Below, piece after piece: positions 10,201-23,974 of a stretch of DNA of 64,000 nucleotides. Source of the stretch: Anthoceros angustus (taxonomy: Eukaryota; Plantae; Anthocerotophyta). How positions within the stretch are numbered: the first letter of the stretch is position 1; each line of letters starts with the position of its first letter. The notes under the pieces were generated by a model. The model was given only the letters and a program-made list of their open reading frames with translations, did not search any database and was not told the origin of the DNA. The DNA is taken from contig MU008181.1 of NCBI GenBank assembly GCA_010909165.1, positions 372,001 through 436,000 on the forward strand, in the 5' to 3' direction. A program made the position numbers and the translations under genes.

Positions 10201-13200
10201 CTTGCATCTACAGCCTCCAGAACCTAGATAACAAGCATTTGCAGAGTTGTGCTCATCAAACACAGTCTTATGAGGCCGTAAATACAAATGCCAATTCAAA
10301 GTGAAAGCAACAAAACCACATCATGTCTCACGCCCTCACCCGATCATAAGCAAGCTTTACAGATGACCAAATATAATCTTCTGCTTGCTTTGCAACCGCA
10401 GCCATTTCAGCAGATGGTGTCATCCTTGTGATCTACAGCCAGTAAAAAACCAATAAAGAACAACCAAATTGTCTGAGCAGGCTCAGTGAAATGTTCAGAC
10501 ACCTGGCTACCAGTAGGAAAATTATGTTGCAGCACCCAGGTCAGGATGTAGCACACACCCCAATGTGCTCATTTTCGTCTGCTATCAGCCTGCCCGACAC
10601 CATTGCCACTGTAACGATGGTATCCATCTTCTTCGGATCCTGAGTCACATCAAAACATCCATGGGATTCAAAAATACACATTGATTGGATGTCACTCCAA
10701 AACCCCAGGAAAAATCAGGACATGTGTGCTCACTCAGCACTTCGCTTTCAGAAAGCTGCAGGGAGAATGGATAAAGCTAAGCGCTTACACTGGCAAAGTG
10801 CACGTGATAATCATCAAGCCTTTTGTCAGCCCATAACTTGATAGGCATAAGCACAGACTGAATAAATGAATATTCCTGTGGTCCATCACTTCCCTCAATA
10901 GTAGTTCGTAAGCACTGCATATATGCCCTTTCCATTGCACTGCGCTGAGCATCCGATGCTATTCTCTTCATTTGCTGTGTAGCGTGCTCCAAAAGTCCTT
11001 GCTCACCTGTTAGGACATACTGCCAAGGGACAACCAATGAGAAGAAACCCACAAAACTGGCAAAACAACCGACAATTCTCTGGTGCGCGTGAAAGATTTG
11101 AGCTTTCGCTGACAGGCTTCTCTGAAAGGGCTAGGCAGCTATGAGAATGCTAACCTGCCGGAACAGAACCCAAGAGTAGCAGGTGTCATGAACTGTTTGT
11201 GTAATTCCTAAAACTTTCCAAGTCGATTTCAAAAGCTCTAAAATCTCTTCAACTTCCTGAAAGGCAGGAGAATAAGGCATGAGACACAACCACAGGATCA
11301 ACAATGCACCACCTAAACCTACCAGATAACTTGTTGATGCGACATACCTCAACAATCTGACCCTCATCCAGAACATCGAAAACACTGCATAGCAGCTTTT
11401 CATACAGCCGCACATTCAAATGGTAACCATCAGCCCAGTGACAAACTTCCCCAGTGTGATCCCTCCTATTGGCTCTTTCGGCAAGTGCACCAGCCACCTC
11501 TCTCAATGCCTTCAATGTTTCTGTTTGCTGTGCAGCACCTGCAGGCCCGGGGATAGACTGGAGAGGATTTCCATATTGTGTAAGCGTAATGTGCAGCCGA
11601 CTTGAGAAGACATGGTTTCACAATAAAATCTCAACTGGATAAGTTTTGCACCAATACACAAGAGCAAAGTTTTATACCTCAGCTTCTCCTAATCTTGTGA
11701 TCAACGACCTCAGCTGAGTTCCCAAACGATCCGTCAGCTCCAGCCTCACAGTCGGAAGATTTAGTAGACCTTCCTCCAGAAGATTTAACTGCATGAGAGT
11801 GATACTGTAAGAGGTCAAGATGTATGATTCCCACTTCACACAGACAATGAACCATGTCACCTCAAGCGTCGTACAAACCTGTCGCTTCTGCCACCGTAGA
11901 TACAACTTTCTGTCTGGGAATTCCGACTTGGAGATGACAGACAGCAGTTCAAGAGGAACTAGCAGGGTATCCATTCGCTTCCCAACTCTACCAGCCGCTG
12001 CATGCAGGAGGGCTTCCCTAGTTCGCCTGTCTGTAGCCTCAGAGATCTGCAGCACGACTAGAAGGCGTGAAAACTTTGTTCCTTTGCGTCACAATCTTGG
12101 CTGGATCAGATGCACATGGTGTACTCCCAGAGGTTTGAGTTAAACGTGAAGCAATTTGATACAAATCAAAACAAAAGCATCTAGCATATAAACAACTTGC
12201 CTCCAACTGCGTTCGCATGGTCTCCATCAAGCCTGCCAGACCTGTGGCCTTAGCAGGCTGCTGAGGCACAGGCTTGTCCGCCCTTGTTCGTGTGAGCTTC
12301 TTCACGAACTTTGACTTCTTATCAGATCTCCTTTCAACTTTACTCTCAACCTTAGCTGGTGAAATAAGGCCCCTATGCACAATTCCAAATGTCAGTCCTC
12401 TGTCCGGTGATGGACAGAAGTGGCTGAACGTCTGAAACAGCTGCTAAACCTGACAGACTGTAGACAGCACTGGCACCACCTTACCCAGCAGCACCAACTG
12501 ATACGAGTAAAACCTCATATGCAGTTTCTCTGAGATCATCATCCGACAAGCCTGCGCGAAAAAAGAAGGGCATTGATGAAAAGGCAGAGAGCAGTGGCTA
12601 ACGTCCAAGTACAGCTTTATGGAGCAAGGCTGTTGCGAGATGAGAGAGCATCAAAATAGGGCACCTGTTGCAAAAGGTGGGAGATTCACAACTAGATCAC
12701 TAGCGTCATTGAGTTGGCGCCTTGCAACTTCAACCTGATCATCCTCCGTATCCTCAAGGTCATCAACATCATCATCATCCCCAGGCACCTGTTGCGAGAT
12801 ATTGGACAAGGTGGGCCGAAGGGAGTACGATTTCCCTAACACAGGAGGTGCTAGATAAGGTGCCACAACCGGGGGCGGTGGCCGGTGTGGAGGAGGGCCT
12901 GAGACATCCGGATTGGTGACCAGGAAATAGACTTGTCCCAATCCTGAACCTGCCTGTCAAAATGCAAACAGCAGTCAAGATGAAAGATTTGCAGCCGCAG
13001 CAGCCAAGCACCACAGACGAAGCTGCCAGTACTAAAAGTGCAGCTGGCCGGTACCGTAGGAGGCAGACTCAGATCATCGTGGTACTGCTTTATCGCTTCA
13101 GCAAGGTCCACTGCTGCATCTGCATGAGCACGCACAGCGTGTGAACAACCAACCTCCCCTCCATAAGCTGTAGAAACCCAACACAGAACCCGAGTTTAAG

Positions 13201-13525
13201 GGACCCAGCGAGGAGAGCATACTCTTCCTGGCACAGTCCAGCACATAGTCGACACTGATCTGGTCCAAGTCCACATCATCCAGCGACACTGCGCCAGGGG
13301 GCATGACAACCTTCCTCAGCAGACTGGCGGAGAGCAGGAAGCTGAGAAGCTCCCGCCTGTCCCGGCGGTACCGCTGCAGGAGGTGGGTATCAGACAACCT
13401 GCAGAATGCCATAGTGTCAAACCACTACCTTGCGGAGGCGAGCACGGGAAGCAGGAACACCCATAATCGACATGCACTGACTCAGGTGGTGGGCTCCAAT
13501 TGCAAGGCGGTACCTACCCTTCCAT
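7234..13525 (-). CDS. PATROL1: PATROL1 / Munc13-like (DUF810, MUN domain) vesicle-tethering protein, multi-exon
   Basis: Exon peptides LLQRYRRDRRELLSFLLS...VMPPGAVSLDDVDLDQISVDYVL, GKRMDTLLVPLELL, GEVCHWADGYHLNVRLYEKLL, and C-terminal DADTLLRVLCHRTDRDASKFLKKQYK. The start microexon ATG GAA GG at 13525 splices in frame to LSDTHLLQRY. Confidence 0.93.
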
Positions 13526-13877
13526 GCCGCTCCTGCGTGCGCTTCACACTCTAAAAGAATTCAGCAGCGCGGCCGGGCCCGGGAGGCCCAGAACGCATCT
13601 CCGGCCTGGAGGCAATCTGGAGCACCGCCCTGCACGAGATGGATGAGCGAGAACAAGGCAGCGTCTCCCACAAGAGCAGCAGGAGGCGCTCGTTCGAGTC
13701 CGAGTCCGAGTCCGGCGGGCTCACTCCACGCTCCATGGCCGGCCCGAAATGCGGGTCACAGAGACCCGGGAGAGCCCCATTCCCGGCTCATCAGTGTGGC
13801 CACCACGACGCAATTGGCAGCCCCGGCCTCGCTTCCCGCCCGGGTACAGTAGCAGCAGCAGCTCGCAAGAAGGACAG

Positions 13878-13922
13878 GACGGAAGAGGACGGGACTGGAC
13901 TGGACGGGACGGGACGGGACGG
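13878..13922. repeat. (GGAC[G/T])n pentanucleotide microsatellite
   Basis: ggacgggactggactggacgggacgggacgggacgg. Confidence 0.7.
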
Positions 13923-14003
13923 AACCAGTTAGAACAACAGGCAAAGAAATACGGGCACTGCAAAGACGACGAAGGCAAGTCGCAACTAGGACGCGGATGG
14001 GGA

Positions 14004-14060
14004 TGGAAGGAAGGAAGCAAGGAAGGAAGGAAGGAAGCAAGGAAGGAAGGATGGAAGGAA
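14004..14060. repeat. (GGAA)n-type purine microsatellite
   Basis: ggaaggaaggaagcaaggaaggaaggaaggaagcaaggaaggaagg. Confidence 0.8.
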
Positions 14061-15033
14061 GCGGCTGACAGCAATGGGAAGCAAGTTTGGCAATGGCACA
14101 GTCGAAGGCCCAGGTAGCAAGCGACTCGCGGTCGTCACTCGTGCGCTCCTGTCATCCGGACAAGAATATGACAACCCACGAAGACTCAACGTCCATGTAT
14201 GAATACAAAAAAGGGACTACATCCCCGCATCCTCCAGCTGCTTGCATATCTGAGTCCAGGGCAGCGGGACTTCCATCAGCAACGGCAGCTGCCCGGGACG
14301 GGGACGGGGACCGGGGTGCGGTTCGAACTGAACTGCCTTCCAAGTTGACGGCTGGCGGCAACCAATCCGCCTTAGCCACGCACACCGCCACTGGTTTCAC
14401 AGCTGGTTGGAGCAACTGGAACTTGCTGCATCTCCTTCCTGCCAACAATGTCACCTCGTCCCAACGTCCTGGTACCGCAAAGCCGCTGTCTCTGCTGCTT
14501 TATCATGAATGTGGAGCACATGGATTGCGAGCTGCATCCCTCACGGGGGGCAAGCAGCCCGGGAAAGGCAGCAGAGGAAGCCTCCCAGTCCTTGCCTAAG
14601 CTGATGACACTTTCGGTTACCACACTGATGTTAGGTGGGGAGGTGAAAAGCCAATTCTACATGGATAGATACATACACTACTGCGTCAGTCGGGATCTTG
14701 ATAGGGTGAGGTGAGGCTTCACTGGTAGGTAGAGCCAAAAGTGATGCATCAAGTCAGGGTCGCAGTCCAGCCCACCAGCACGCCTGCGCAATGTCTACAG
14801 CATCCAAATTCCTTAATATGTCAATCGGATTACCGGCAGGTGTACAAAAAGAGATTTTAGTACTACTAAAATACAGGGCGCTGGAAACGTGGCGGCGCAA
14901 CACACTTGTGTCTTCGCCACTCCAGCCTGCCACAGGTGAAAAATCTGAGCGGAGTAGAGTGCTCCCCTGCTCTGCTCTCCTCTGCTCTGCACTTCCTTCA
15001 CATGCTCCTTCAGGTGTATTCAAGGAGGGACGA

Positions 15034-16290
15034 TCAATACGGGAGGAAGATTGAGTCAATGAGCTCTTGCAATGGTGCAAGCTCCTTCTTGTCCACCAAG
15101 TTAAATTCCTGCAGTTGCAGATATGCCGCTGATTATTCCTCCCATCGGCAAGCAAGGCCCCAATGAAGTCAAACATAGGTGTGACGGCTAACTGCTTACG
15201 TGAGTGAAAAGGATGAAGTGCTTGAAGCAAGTGTTCAAGTGAGCCTCCTCTTTGAGGCTCACGATCTTTTGGAAGTGGGAATGATAGATATGGGCATAAA
15301 CCCGAAACAAACGTTTGAAGATGGTCTTCACAACCTCCCGGAAATTTGCTGGAAAGGGAGCCCCTGTATCATCATAGACAGTAGTTTGGATCAAGCTATG
15401 CAATCTTACTCGCCAGTTATGATCTCATCTACAAGCTGCTGAAGACATTACCAATTTTCTGGGGGAAAATAGCCTCGTCATCAAGCTGCCCTTCAATCCA
15501 ATCCATCAAGTACTCCACGTACTTCGGGGCAGATACCTCGATAGGCTTTTTGATTTGCACACCGTCTGCCCACCTATACTCGTATCTGGAACCAGAGCAC
15601 GACATTCATTTCATATGCTCGTTGCCATTTCCGCATATCTGGAGCAGGCACTCAAAACAAGCCTTACTTCGGTCCCGCAGTCATGGTGGGACAGTTCTCC
15701 GGCGTGCAGAACTCTGTCAGCGTCCCAAACAACAGGTTTACCTGGTTGAAAAAATCAACCGCTGCACAGCAACGTGGTGCGCAATTTACAACCTGCTCCA
15801 AGGGCCACTTAGCAAAACAACCGAATACCAGCTGCCATGCCCCAAAAGTAGACTTAACAACTTCAAAACATAGCGCCGGAGCACAAAAGTACGTACTGTT
15901 GACAGCGAGCCATTCTTGAAGATCCTCTCCTAAAGGGAGACGCACAGCTTCCCTTAGATTACCACTCCCAAGAGTAGCATCAATATGCTTCCGGAGCTGT
16001 GCTCCCTACACAACACACAGCCCCGAGAAACAAAGAGCTCACTCAGACCACGGACATCACCACACATCCCAAGCCCTAACACATGTACACCACAAAAAAA
16101 AGTCCGCCTCCAAAACTCATCCCAGCTCTCACCTTGCTTCCTGTGGGAGTGCTCTTCTTCGGCCGGAAAGTCCGCTGATTCCTGCACACAACCAAGCCAC
16201 TCCAAGTTAGCTCCGGTGATGGAGAAGCGCAATCCAGCGTGAAGCGGAACGGGGCCGCGGGCCGCACCTGCCAAGCCCAAACAGGCTCAT
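15034..16290 (-). CDS. MOB1: MOB kinase activator 1, multi-exon
   Basis: MSLFGLGR|NQRTFRPKKS..., ATLGSGNLREAVRLPLGEDLQEWLAVN, DFFNQVNLLFGTLTEFCTPENCPTMTAGPK, FKRLFRVYAHIYHSHFQKIVSLKEEAHLNTCFKHF, ending ELAPLQELIDSIFLPY*. Confidence 0.96.
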
Positions 16291-16406
16291 TGCTCGAAAT
16301 GCAGCCGTGTCGACAAGCTGTTAAACCCCAATTCCGCACTGGAAGGATGGGGAAGTGCACTCTCCTCGCCTCTCCTACAACGGAGTCGTCAACAACACCA
16401 ACGGCG

Positions 16407-16407
<1 letters not shown>

Positions 16408-16437
<30 letters not shown>
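16408..16437. repeat. (CAG)10 microsatellite upstream of the MOB1 start codon
   Basis: Direct read of the cagcagcag... run. Confidence 0.9.
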
Positions 16438-16438
<1 letters not shown>

Positions 16439-16897
16439 GGGCTTCGTCACGGCCACACCAGCACAACCATGGCCCCTTCCTCAGAGGAGGCCTCGGCAAC
16501 AAGGGCCATGGATGGCGGGCGAGCACCACGGCCGGGTCCTCGCAAGGGAGAGCAACAGACGGCGGGGCAGTTGGCGATTGCCGGTCCCGAATCGCGGTTC
16601 ACGATCGGAGCGCTCCCTCGCCTCGGGCTCCTTCCCCGGGTTTGCTTACCCGGCGTTGTGCTTCGCAAAACGGGTAGCTACACGCAGGGAAGAGCCTCGG
16701 CACAGCATCATCCTCTACGCAACTCGTGTTCGTTTGTGTAAGTTTTGTTTCGCCAGGATATTCAGAAGAGGAAAACGACAAGAGGGGGAGTGGAGTCCAG
16801 CCAGGAAAGAAGACGATAAAAGTTACAAGGGGCTCGGAATTCCGCAGCCATGTCGTGAACGAATTTATGGTACAAAATCAATCTGCCTAATATGCCC

Positions 16898-19788
16898 CTA
16901 ATGCCCTGCTAGAGGCTGGGGAGGTGTTAACGGTCTTCGTTCCTGTCGAGTGTAAAGGGAAGCATATCGTCCACCACTGGCCAAGAGGGAACAATGGCTT
17001 CCTTCCTCGATGAGTCGACCTCCGTCAAGGAAGAGGATCCTGTCAGCTTTCTGCACTGTTTCAAGTCTGTGGGCGATGACAAGAACCTGACAACAGAAGA
17101 CATGTTAGGCATTGAAGTAGTCCTAAATGACCAGTTGAGAGTGGGCTAGATGATGAATGAGAGCGGATTATTCGAGTGGCCTTACTGTACGGTGCTCCAT
17201 CAGTCGGTGGAGTGCTTCTCTAACAAGCTTCTCAGAATGGTTGTCTAGGGCAGAGGTTGCTTCATCCAAAATCAGAATGGATGAGTCTTGGAAAACAGCC
17301 CTTGCTATAGCCAGCCTGAGTAGACGAGTGTCCAGCCGATTTTCAAGACACGAGACATGTGGTTATGGTAAGTCAAGGTTGCTGTTCAGTGACATGCATA
17401 CCTTTGTCGTTGCCCTCCACTGAGGGAAGAAGCTCGGTCACCGAGGTTTGTGAGATAGCCTTCGGGGAGCCTTCGGATAAATTCATCCGCATTGGCAAGT
17501 GCAGCAGCGTCCTCTACCCGCTTCATGTCGATGTCGTCGAGGTTGTCACCGTAGGCGATGTTCTCTGCAACTGTTCCTGTGAAAAGAGTCTGCACCGACA
17601 GAGGGAAGCCAATGGGATGGACGTTAGGGGTGTACATCACAAGATGATGTGAAAGCAAATGTTGAGTCTTGAGGGTTTTGCTGCTCACTGTTTCCTGTGG
17701 GACGATGGCCACTTGTCGTCTCAGGCTCTTCAGAGTGACGTCTCTAATGTCATTGCCGTCTATCTCGATATGACCTGGTGAGGATGACAATCGTGTCCTT
17801 CTGGTGTCATTCATTCATGGTGTTGGAAGCCAGGTGAAGAGGATGTTCGGTGCGGTTCAGCTTACCTTGAAGAGGATCGTACAGGCGTAGAAGTAACTTT
17901 GCAAGAGTGGTCTTGCCACCACCAGATGGCCCAACTAGTGCAATTGTCTCCCCAGCAGCAACAGTGAAGCTGACGTTAGTCATGGCCCGAGGTGACCTGT
18001 CGTTGTACCCGAAGGTTACACTGGAGAATCTGATATTCCCAGCAACCTTCTTCAAGGCTACAGCCTCTTCCTTTTCCTTTACCTGCATGGGTTTGGCAAT
18101 TATCAGAGACAACACGAGGCACAGCACCAGATTGCGTCAGGCAATGCATGAAACCTGCCTGGGTAGAGCCGGAAGCCAGATCGAACAGCCTTTCGATGGA
18201 GGGCTCTCCTTGCTTCATGTCATTGTATGCCTTCCCCATTGCCTGAAGAGGACAGTGAGAGGCCAGCTCTGGCAAGTAACCACCACAACAACAGCAGGGA
18301 CAGGGGAAACAAGCTGCACCTGAATGGGCTCCACCAGAAGTACCATAGAGGTGATGAAGGACACCATGCCCTTCCCATCAAAGCAGCCACACGAAATGAC
18401 CCATGTTCCTACGGCAAACAGCACCAAGGTGGTGGCAGCATAGACCGCCGTGATAACCTCAGGGATGAGAGCCTTCATCTTCCTCTTGTTCAGATGCGCT
18501 GTACGGTCTGCCAAAGCAAGTTTTTCAAATCGACTCTGCTCAAATGCTTCCGCAGCATGAGCTTTCACAACAAACATGGATGGCAGCACCTGCACCAGCG
18601 CAGTTCAGCGTCAGTCTTTAACATCCCTTGTGAAGAAAGCCATGCCGAAGTCAGGAAGCACATACCTCGTTAAGGTAGGCAGATAATCCGGCAGTGCTAT
18701 CCTGCCCCTTCCTGGAGAGCTCCCTCAACTTCTCCCCCAATTTGGCTATGGCTAACGACATGCAGGGAATGACCTGTAAAACCCACAAAACGAGCACAGC
18801 TCAGACACCTCCAACAACACGACATCTTCAAACAGCATCAAGCAAGCCCACGCCACCCTCATACCGATACAGTTGCAATTGTGAGCAGAGGGCTCAACAT
18901 CACCATCCTTGCACCCATAGCCACCAGCTGAAACCCGCTGGGCACAACCAGCTGCACATCCAATCCACAAAAACTGTCAGCCCACAACTACCCACCCTCT
19001 TCCACCACATCCTGTATCATCCCAAGCAACCCAAACCACTAACTCCATCGCCCACTCACATGTAGCAGCGCATAGACAGTGTCAGCAGCGTCGTCCGCCT
19101 CCGAGGTCATCCTAAACGCAATGTCGCCACCAGGCACGCCCCCAAGCCCTTCGAAGTACCCCATATCCCGACCCAGCACCTTCCCAAACACGTGCCTCCT
19201 GACCTGGTACGCCACATTCAACGCAGACTCCCAGAGCAGCGTCTGCTGCCAGTACTGCGCCACGGACCGCACGCCCACCAGAACCAGTGCCCACGCAGCC
19301 CGCCTCCCCAGCCTCCCCAGGTCCCCCTGCGACAGCAAATTCGAGAGCTCCCCCACCTGCGGCACCAACAGGAAGAGCGCCCCCACGGCAATCGCAGTGC
19401 AAACCCACGCTCTGAAGATCAGCGCCCGCTGCGGGAGCAGGAAGGGGACGATCTTGGGATACGTGTTCCTGAGCAGCGGGAGGAATCGATCCCACGACCT
19501 TGCTTCCCCCTCCTCCCGCTGCCCAACACCCACAACACCCGCAACACCCGCCCGGACCACAACCCATCGCCCGCGCTTCCGTTGCCTAGCCGCCAACCGA
19601 GACCGCGGGAGCCAGGAGGGCGGCAGCGCGCGACCCAACTCCTGATAGCTCCACACCAACCTGTGGTGCACTCTGCCGATCCCGCCCACACTCCTCCGGG
19701 TGCTACAAGCCCGCGGGACCGTCGGGATCCCGCCATCCGGTCTCCAGGCGGCCCCCAATCGCGCATTCACGACCCACGCTGCCGACAT
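16898..19788 (-). CDS. ABC transporter B-family half-transporter (ABCB29/ATH12-like, probably plastid-targeted), multi-exon
   Basis: Arg-rich transit-peptide-like N-terminus, ABC TM domain, Walker [11 protein letters not shown]-loop VPQE, signature LSGGQRQR, Walker [14 protein letters not shown]-loop VIAHRL; stop at 16898-16900. Confidence 0.9.
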
Positions 19789-20551
19789 GGTGGGCTGCGG
19801 ATCGTGACCCCGGAGAAAGCGTGCTGGCGCGGCCTACACAGCCTGGTGATTCCCAGTCCTGCGACCTCGCCAGCGGAGAGGGAACCGCGGCGTTCCTCCG
19901 GAGCCCGGGCCGGCACATTCCCGCTTCGGCTCCAGCTGCACCATACTTCGCCTGCCGCGTCCAAGAGCCCCTGAGGGAGAGGGACGCCGCAATTGTGCCA
20001 CCTCTGTCGCAGCCCGGGATTCCTCTCCTTGCTTCCCTGATGCTTCTTCTTGCTCCGCATAGCTGGTCCGCCATGCTGCGGGTATGTACCATGCTGGGGT
20101 CGTCGACGCGTGCGGGGAATGCGCCAATGGGATGCATGGGGCATGACCCAGCGGAGACTCATGCGCCCATCCCGGGCCACTTGCCCGACTCGTGACTCCT
20201 GTGCCGTCCCGCCCGTCTCCGCGTTCCCGCACGTGTGCGGGCCGTGCGATCACATGACTGTGGCGTGCAACGGCCGTTGCTGGGCTGGTTGGCAAGTGTG
20301 TCTGGCAAACAGGAGGCGGGAGATCGAACCCTCCAGCAGAATATTAGCTGTTATCGGTGGAACATTAGCTGGTACCGGCGGAACATTAGCGGTTACATTA
20401 GTTCTTCCGGTTACCGTCATAAGCAACCTTGTATAAGGCATGAGGTTGTCCAAGCTACTATGAGTAGCTTGGATGCATCATAAGCATTCAAAGTGATACC
20501 CCAATTTTAGACAGATTTGAGTGAGCCCAATACACTTTGGGCTCACTCATG

Positions 20552-21120
20552 CTTGCACAATTGCAGCCACAAAAATGTTCAAGTTTGCGCCACACCTCAT
20601 GGTGGGAGCTCTCAAAACACCTACCTACAAAATCAAGTACAAAATCACCTACAAACCATGCTCCACTCAATTTGGAAAGAGCTGCAGAATAGGACCTCCA
20701 TCTTCCTGTGCCGCCGAGCGTGGCCCTTGCGCTTCCGAGTTTGAGGCGCCGCACGCCCCGAGGGGAAGAGCCCCAACGGGAAGAGGCAAGTGCTGATCGT
20801 GCCATAGCATGGCAGGTAGCCACAGCCGAAATTGGAGGCGCAGGGAATGCCTCTTGCACAATTGCAGCCACAAAAATGTTCAAGTTTGCACTCCCACCTC
20901 ATGGTGGGAGCTCTCAAAACACCTACCTACAAAAACAAGTACAAAACCACCTACAAACCATGCTCCACTTAATCTGGAAAGAGCTGCAGAACAGGGCCTC
21001 CATCCTCCTGTGCCGCCGAGCGTGGCCCTTGCGCTTCCGAGTTCGGAGGCCGCCACAGCACTGAGGGGAAGAGCCCCAACGGGAAGAGGCAAGTACTGTA
21101 CATAGCATGGCGAGGCTGGC
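20552..21120. repeat. about 300 bp diverged direct tandem duplication (about 20552-20850 and 20853-21120)
   Basis: cttgcacaattgcagccacaaaaatgttcaagtttgc...gagccccaacgggaagaggcaagt occurs twice. Confidence 0.9.
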
Positions 21121-21833
21121 CGTTGAAATTGGAGGTGGAGCAACTCGCATTCCCTGCATGAAAGGGTATGGCTGGGGTGGGGAAAGGGAGGGTCAAGGTG
21201 GCGGCAAGAGGGGAGGGGTCTCGGGTGTCCACCACCTTCAGACATGGATGCAGCAGCCTGCATGGCTGCTCATGTATTCCATGAACGTAGCTGCACTTGG
21301 GCTTCTCCCTGTCTGCATGTTAGGGGCACTCGCGAGCATCTTTTCCATCATGTCCTCCACCTCTATGCATTGCAACCTAAGGTCACGCACCTTCTCCACG
21401 ACCTCAAGGAGCGTGGACATGGCGCCGCTCATCATGGCTGCATCAATAGCAACCAAGGATGAGCGTGTGGATGCCATAATGCCCCAGAACTCCTAGGGCG
21501 CAGGCTCTTGATGGCCGACTTGGGTGGTGCCTGCCCCATCCCTGCTGGTGCTGGCACAAGCTACTCCTCGCGGCCGGAGCACTGGAGTTCGCACCTTCGG
21601 CCTCGTCCCCCCTTCCATCTTCCTCCTTCCTTGCTTGTGTCCGCCTCGGGGCTTGAGTTTGCCGCCGCCGTAGTTCGGCTGCACCCGCTTCTTCTTGTGG
21701 CCACACACGCTAGCAACCCAACCCTAGCCCAATGTGGTCATGCGTGACATAACGAAATAATTCCGCCGTATGCGGCGGGACTATTTGTTTGTGTCCACAA
21801 CCCTAAAAAAATGTGGATGGCGCGTGACCAGAA

Positions 21834-22049
21834 CGGTATTCCATAGGTAGGTCATGGGCATGTGTAGATATAATGAAAATGATTAGAGTACAAATGATAT
21901 GCCTAACAAGGTGGGTAAACATCTGTTCCCAAAGGTGGCCTCGGTATTCCATAGGTAGGTCATGGGCATGTGTAGATATAATGAAAATGATTAGAGTACA
22001 AATGATATGCCTAACAAGGTGGGTAAACATCTCTTCCCAAAGGTGGCCT
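21834..22049. repeat. near-identical 108 bp tandem duplication
   Basis: cggtattccataggtaggtcatgggcatgtg...ttcccaaaggtggcct at 21834-21941 and 21942-22049; one mismatch seen (catctg vs catctc). Confidence 0.93.
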
Positions 22050-22275
22050 GAGCTGCACTGGACATCATAGCAGCGGCAATGTTGCAGCCTTCCAAGCTCC
22101 GCATTATGGATACAAAGCTAGCAAGCAGAACTGATGATCATCCAGACATTGCAGTTGCTTGACAAAGTCTTTTGCAGAGGCAAGCATTTTTGTTTTAGGC
22201 TGCACCGGAGAATGACAAAATAGGGGGTATATAATGACAAGTTATCTCCCTGGCGGCAGGGGCAGAATGCTGGAC

Positions 22276-23509
22276 TTAGCCTCTCAGTTTGAAATACAGG
22301 ATCACCACGATGAGGAATACCAGGACAGCAACGATGGCGTACATGGTATACTGGCTTTGGTAGATCCTTCGGCCCATGGAGTTCAGGATCTTTCTGCTGC
22401 TGGCCACATTGTCGTCCACTGCATGCAGCTGCAGACACAGATTGAAGCAATCAAAGAAACAAGCACATCAAAATGACTGAGCCCTGGGCCATGATTGGAT
22501 GTGAATGCAAGAGAATGGAAGAGAAGAGTACCCTGTCCTGAGCATGCAGAAGAGTTTCCCGTTGCGAATGAAGATCCTGAAGGATGGAAACTCCAATCTG
22601 CTCCGTTTCCAGCAATGTTCTATGACCCTCTTTGATCCTGGCTCCCGTCTGGTTTAATTTGTCTGATGCTGCGAGCAATCTGGTTCTCTGATCAGCTGCA
22701 GTCTGCAGATACGAGACAGCCTTCAGCCAGTAAAAGAGGGTGAGGTGTACCCAGACCGACAATATATCACCTCTAACACTGACCATCTTTCTAGACCGGT
22801 TAACAACGGAACCAATTCCCAAGGAGTGCCCAACATGACCACATTCATCACTCAACAAGTTAACAAACCAAGTGGCATGAGTGGCATGAGGGTTTGGAGA
22901 AGGAGAAGATACCGCCAACAGCCTTTCTCCGGACTCAAGAAGGTCATCCCTAGAAGACAAAGAATCATTGGCAGCAAATTTCTTGACATCCCGCTTGAGG
23001 TTATTGAGGTCCGACTTGTATTCCCGCAGCTTTGCAAGTAGAGTTACTTTCTGTGTGGGCTGTAAGCTCCTGGCTTCCAGATCCATTTTCCGTATCTGTA
23101 CAAGGCGAATTTCAGACAAACTTCTACCATCAAAATGCCCAAACAAACATATGCCTCGCCAAACTACAGCCTTCAATTACCAGAGAATCAGCCTCCTCCA
23201 ATCCATTGTTCAGTTCCTGAAGCTTCTGCTTCTTCAACTCTGCTCACGCACATGCAGATATGACACAATTCACCGGCACGCACCACTGGGCAACAACGAA
23301 GGATCAACCTAGCAGGAAACAACCCGCCAACCTAACAACACCCGACTGTGGAACATCCACTATCGGTCTGGATCCACCTCTAAATTGCGCAGAAGGCAGT
23401 GCGGAGACACATTACCTCCTTGAGCAGCCCCTAATTGCGAGCATTTCCTGGCCAGAGTCGTGGAGAGCTCACAGTACTGCCTCTCGTACCCATCAAACAC
23501 TTCAGCCAT
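22276..23509 (-). CDS. VTI1: VTI1-family Qb v-SNARE, multi-exon
   Basis: MAEVFDGYERQYCELS..., IRKMDLEARSL...LLAKLREYKSDLNNLKR, LLETEQIGVSILQDLHSQRETL, C-terminal TM YAIVAVLVFLIVVILYFKL. Confidence 0.93.
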
Positions 23510-23974
23510 GTCTACCAGCCGTTACGCACACCTTGGTGCACAATCAAGTCCCCCGCCTGCTTTAATTCCTCTCACACACACCGCCGAGGGTCCCGAAAAC
23601 GACTACAGCGCTCTCATGATCCTCCAGCCTGCCACACCCTCGCCTCATCCAGCCTGCCTGCTGAGGACAGTCAGAGGCGGTACAGGTCGGCGTGACCCGC
23701 TTCCCCAGCTCAAGGTCACGCAGCAATTCCAAGTTGGTGCAACCTGTAAAACAATCTGCAACAGATGGGAAACCTCGGATGCATGCATACATAGAAGGAA
23801 AAAACATACCACACTGCACGGACAAGGAGCGTCGCCTCGCACACCGAAAGATGCCTTGGCTTGAAAGGGAGGTGACGAGACTCTATATAGCCTACACCTG
23901 TCACCACAGAAGAACCGAAGAGAGAGGCAACATCAGGAACGCAGACTCTCTACGTTTCCAGGCAGAGGTCAGAG

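Noticed and set aside
13551-14760. Cluster of short overlapping ORFs upstream of PATROL1
   Set aside because: GC-rich, microsatellite-containing UTR/intergenic sequence with no domain signal.
19079-20483. Many overlapping 110-260 aa ORFs
   Set aside because: By-products of high GC in ABCB exon 1 and its promoter.
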